Virus record (IMG/VR): IMGVR_UViG_2162886007_000107
Span: 172,431-236,430 of that record
DNA: 64,000 nt
Direction: 5' to 3' (one strand)
Of this stretch, positions 62,471 through 64,000 are shown piece by piece. Below the pieces are notes generated by a model. It was not told the origin of the DNA and searched no databases. It was given only the letters and a program-made list of their open reading frames with translations. The number at the start of each line of letters is the position of its first letter. Within the stretch, counting starts at the first letter, position 1. Position numbers and translations under genes: made by a program.

Positions 62471-62740
62471 ATGGGCAAAGTCGTGTATATCGAAGACTAT
62501 CGAAAGGAATCTCCGGAACAGATGTGGGATCGCATCGTGGGAATCCATCTGGTAATGCTTACGGTGATCCAAGACCCTCGCAGCACTGTCCTGGATCTTG
62601 AGATGGTAATGAAGCTGGATAGCCTCAAGGACCTTCTTGTAGATAAGGTCCTCACTTATCAGGAGCAACATCAGTATGGCGAAGTCCAAAGCACAGAAAC
62701 AAGAGGAAGCACTTCAACGCAAACGACGGTTGTTTGGTGA
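62471..62740 (+). CDS. hypothetical protein
   Basis: GAGGA RBS. Confidence 0.65.
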   Translation: MGKVVYIEDYRKESPEQMWDRIVGIHLVMLTVIQDPRSTVLDLEMVMKLDSLKDLLVDKVLTYQEQHQYGEVQSTETRGSTSTQTTVVW

Positions 62741-63086
62741 GAAGAAGTCCGACAACATCCGTTACAACCCAGGTGGTATGTGGTACGAGAACTGTAAGAA
62801 GTTCCAAGGTCAGGAGTTAGCCGACCGACGTGCTGCGGAGAACAATACAGCATTCGGTCGCTATCTGCGAGAAGCACAACTCACCAGCGAAGGCCTGCCG
62901 TATTACCCCGGTCAAAAGGTGGTAGTCGAAGCCGGCGAAAGCGTTTTGGGTGACATCATGACGATCGCTGCTCTTACTGGCGGCAAGTTCGTCAAGCGCC
63001 CGCCAGAATGGCAAGGCGCATACACCATCGAAAATGGTCAAACGGTCAAACGTACTCCTACTGGGAAAGAAACAGCATGCCATTAA
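62676..63086 (+). CDS. hypothetical basic protein
   Basis: AGGAG RBS inside the upstream gene. Confidence 0.7.
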   Translation: MAKSKAQKQEEALQRKRRLFGEKKSDNIRYNPGGMWYENCKKFQGQELADRRAAENNTAFGRYLREAQLTSEGLPYYPGQKVVVEAGESVLGDIMTIAALTGGKFVKRPPEWQGAYTIENGQTVKRTPTGKETACH

Positions 63087-63274
63087 TAATGTCGGTTGAG
63101 CAACGCTTCAAAAAGGTAGAAGATTACTGCAAGACTAACCATATTGCACTGAGCCTTGACTTCGACCACGTTACTGGTACTTGGACCGCATGGGAAGACC
63201 AGGAACAACTCACCGATGCCGCTGACGGCTGGGCTGAGTTGGTCGAAGCTCTCGAATCAGAGTTCTCGATTTAA
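63077..63274 (+). CDS. hypothetical protein
   Basis: ATG 63077; ends before a terminator. Confidence 0.65.
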   Translation: MPLIMSVEQRFKKVEDYCKTNHIALSLDFDHVTGTWTAWEDQEQLTDAADGWAELVEALESEFSI

Positions 63275-63283
63275 CACCATGGT

Positions 63284-63316
63284 AAAAGCTCTCTTTATGG
63301 GAGCTTTTATTTTTTT
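63284..63316 (+). terminator. intrinsic terminator
   Basis: AAAAGCTCTC/GGGAGCTTTT stem plus T tract. Confidence 0.75.
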
Positions 63317-63335
63317 GCATTAGGGGAAGGGAAGG

Positions 63336-63770
63336 ATGTCAAGAAAGCATTTGGAAACACCAGTCATTATCAATGTGTATGCTGCATTGCGTAAACGTAA
63401 GGGTGCGCCGATGGTCACTCTGCGGCATGATATGAAAAAGGTTATCAGCAAGATCACTTCTGATATCGGAGTTAGTGCTCGTCCTGGGTTCCCTCAGGAG
63501 GGTGTTCGTTATTCCAGAATCAGTAGTGAAATTGATCGGTTGGGTGAATCCCTGGCACAAGGCGATCACGATAACAATCTCTATCTGGTGCTGGGTAACC
63601 ATGATACTGTAGCCAACGGTAACTGGGAAGATCCGCAGTTCCAGGCTTTCTTGATGGACCACCTGGCCAACAACTTCAGAAGCGATTACCCAGGCTTCAT
63701 GTTTATCAAGAACGTTCCAAGAAACTTGAGCACTATTCTGCTCGAACGCGACATGACCTGTCACGGATAA
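63336..63770 (+). CDS. hypothetical protein
   Basis: 144 aa; GGGAAGG RBS. Confidence 0.7.
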   Translation: MSRKHLETPVIINVYAALRKRKGAPMVTLRHDMKKVISKITSDIGVSARPGFPQEGVRYSRISSEIDRLGESLAQGDHDNNLYLVLGNHDTVANGNWEDPQFQAFLMDHLANNFRSDYPGFMFIKNVPRNLSTILLERDMTCHG

Positions 63771-63791
63771 TTTAACTTTGGGGGGCTTATC

Positions 63792-63950
63792 ATGAGAATT
63801 CGCATGACTTATGAAGAAGCCCTCGAAGGCTTCCGAGAGGCTACAGAACACCTCGCACGTTTACACCCTGATGACGAGTTGGTCTACTTAGTAAAAGCTC
63901 AGGTAGAACAGTATAGACGTCTTGTAGCGGCATTTGAGAAGCATAAATAA
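63792..63950 (+). CDS. small hypothetical protein (52 aa)
   Basis: Read manually as MRIRMTYEEALEGF...FEKHK; GGGGG RBS. Confidence 0.55.
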   Translation: MRIRMTYEEALEGFREATEHLARLHPDDELVYLVKAQVEQYRRLVAAFEKHK

Positions 63951-64000
63951 CCTACTCTTAGCCCTGAGGCTAAGAGTAGGTTAGATACATTCTTTTTTTT
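63951..64000 (+). terminator. terminator
   Basis: CCTACTCTTAGCC/GGCTAAGAGTAGG stem plus T tract. Confidence 0.8.

Noticed and set aside
2676-63980. Recurrent palindromes as a possible CRISPR or REP array
   Set aside because: They are scattered at operon ends, not regularly spaced with unique spacers, and no cas or transposase genes are present.
1-64000. tRNA, rRNA, integrase, transposase, groES
   Set aside because: No cloverleaf or T-loop signatures or matching protein motifs were recognised by eye; a tRNAscan-SE run would be needed to exclude tRNAs formally.

Overview
The window is a 64-kb segment of a phiKZ-related jumbo phage, most like the Pseudomonas EL/OBP type. That assignment rests on an EL gp146-type GroEL-like chaperonin (30573-32210), repeated phiKZ-type TATATTAC early promoters and a cluster of virion genes on the opposite strand. 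Positions 1-48100 and 61000-64000 are dense + strand early/accessory genes, mostly hypothetical and rich in small paralog families. Positions 48199-60759 are a - strand late module: a collagen-like tail fibre, seven paralogous 'GWRPVLE' putative receptor-binding proteins, and DUF4376-like and DUF1353-like genes. Recognisable host-interaction candidates are an Acb1/T4 gp57B-like 2H phosphodiesterase, an ART-PolyVal-like ADP-ribosyltransferase, DHH and HD phosphohydrolases, a four-gene GNAT cluster, two HExxH zincins, and a LemA-like/TPM-like pair preceded by five small membrane proteins sharing CxGx[FYW]xTxxC. The most unusual signal is that short fragments of core information-processing proteins are embedded in unrelated accessory ORFs: the EF-Tu G1 motif, the RNAP beta active-site motif and DnaB motifs. 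All family assignments come from recalled motifs; no database search was run. No tRNA, rRNA, CRISPR array, integrase or transposase was recognised.
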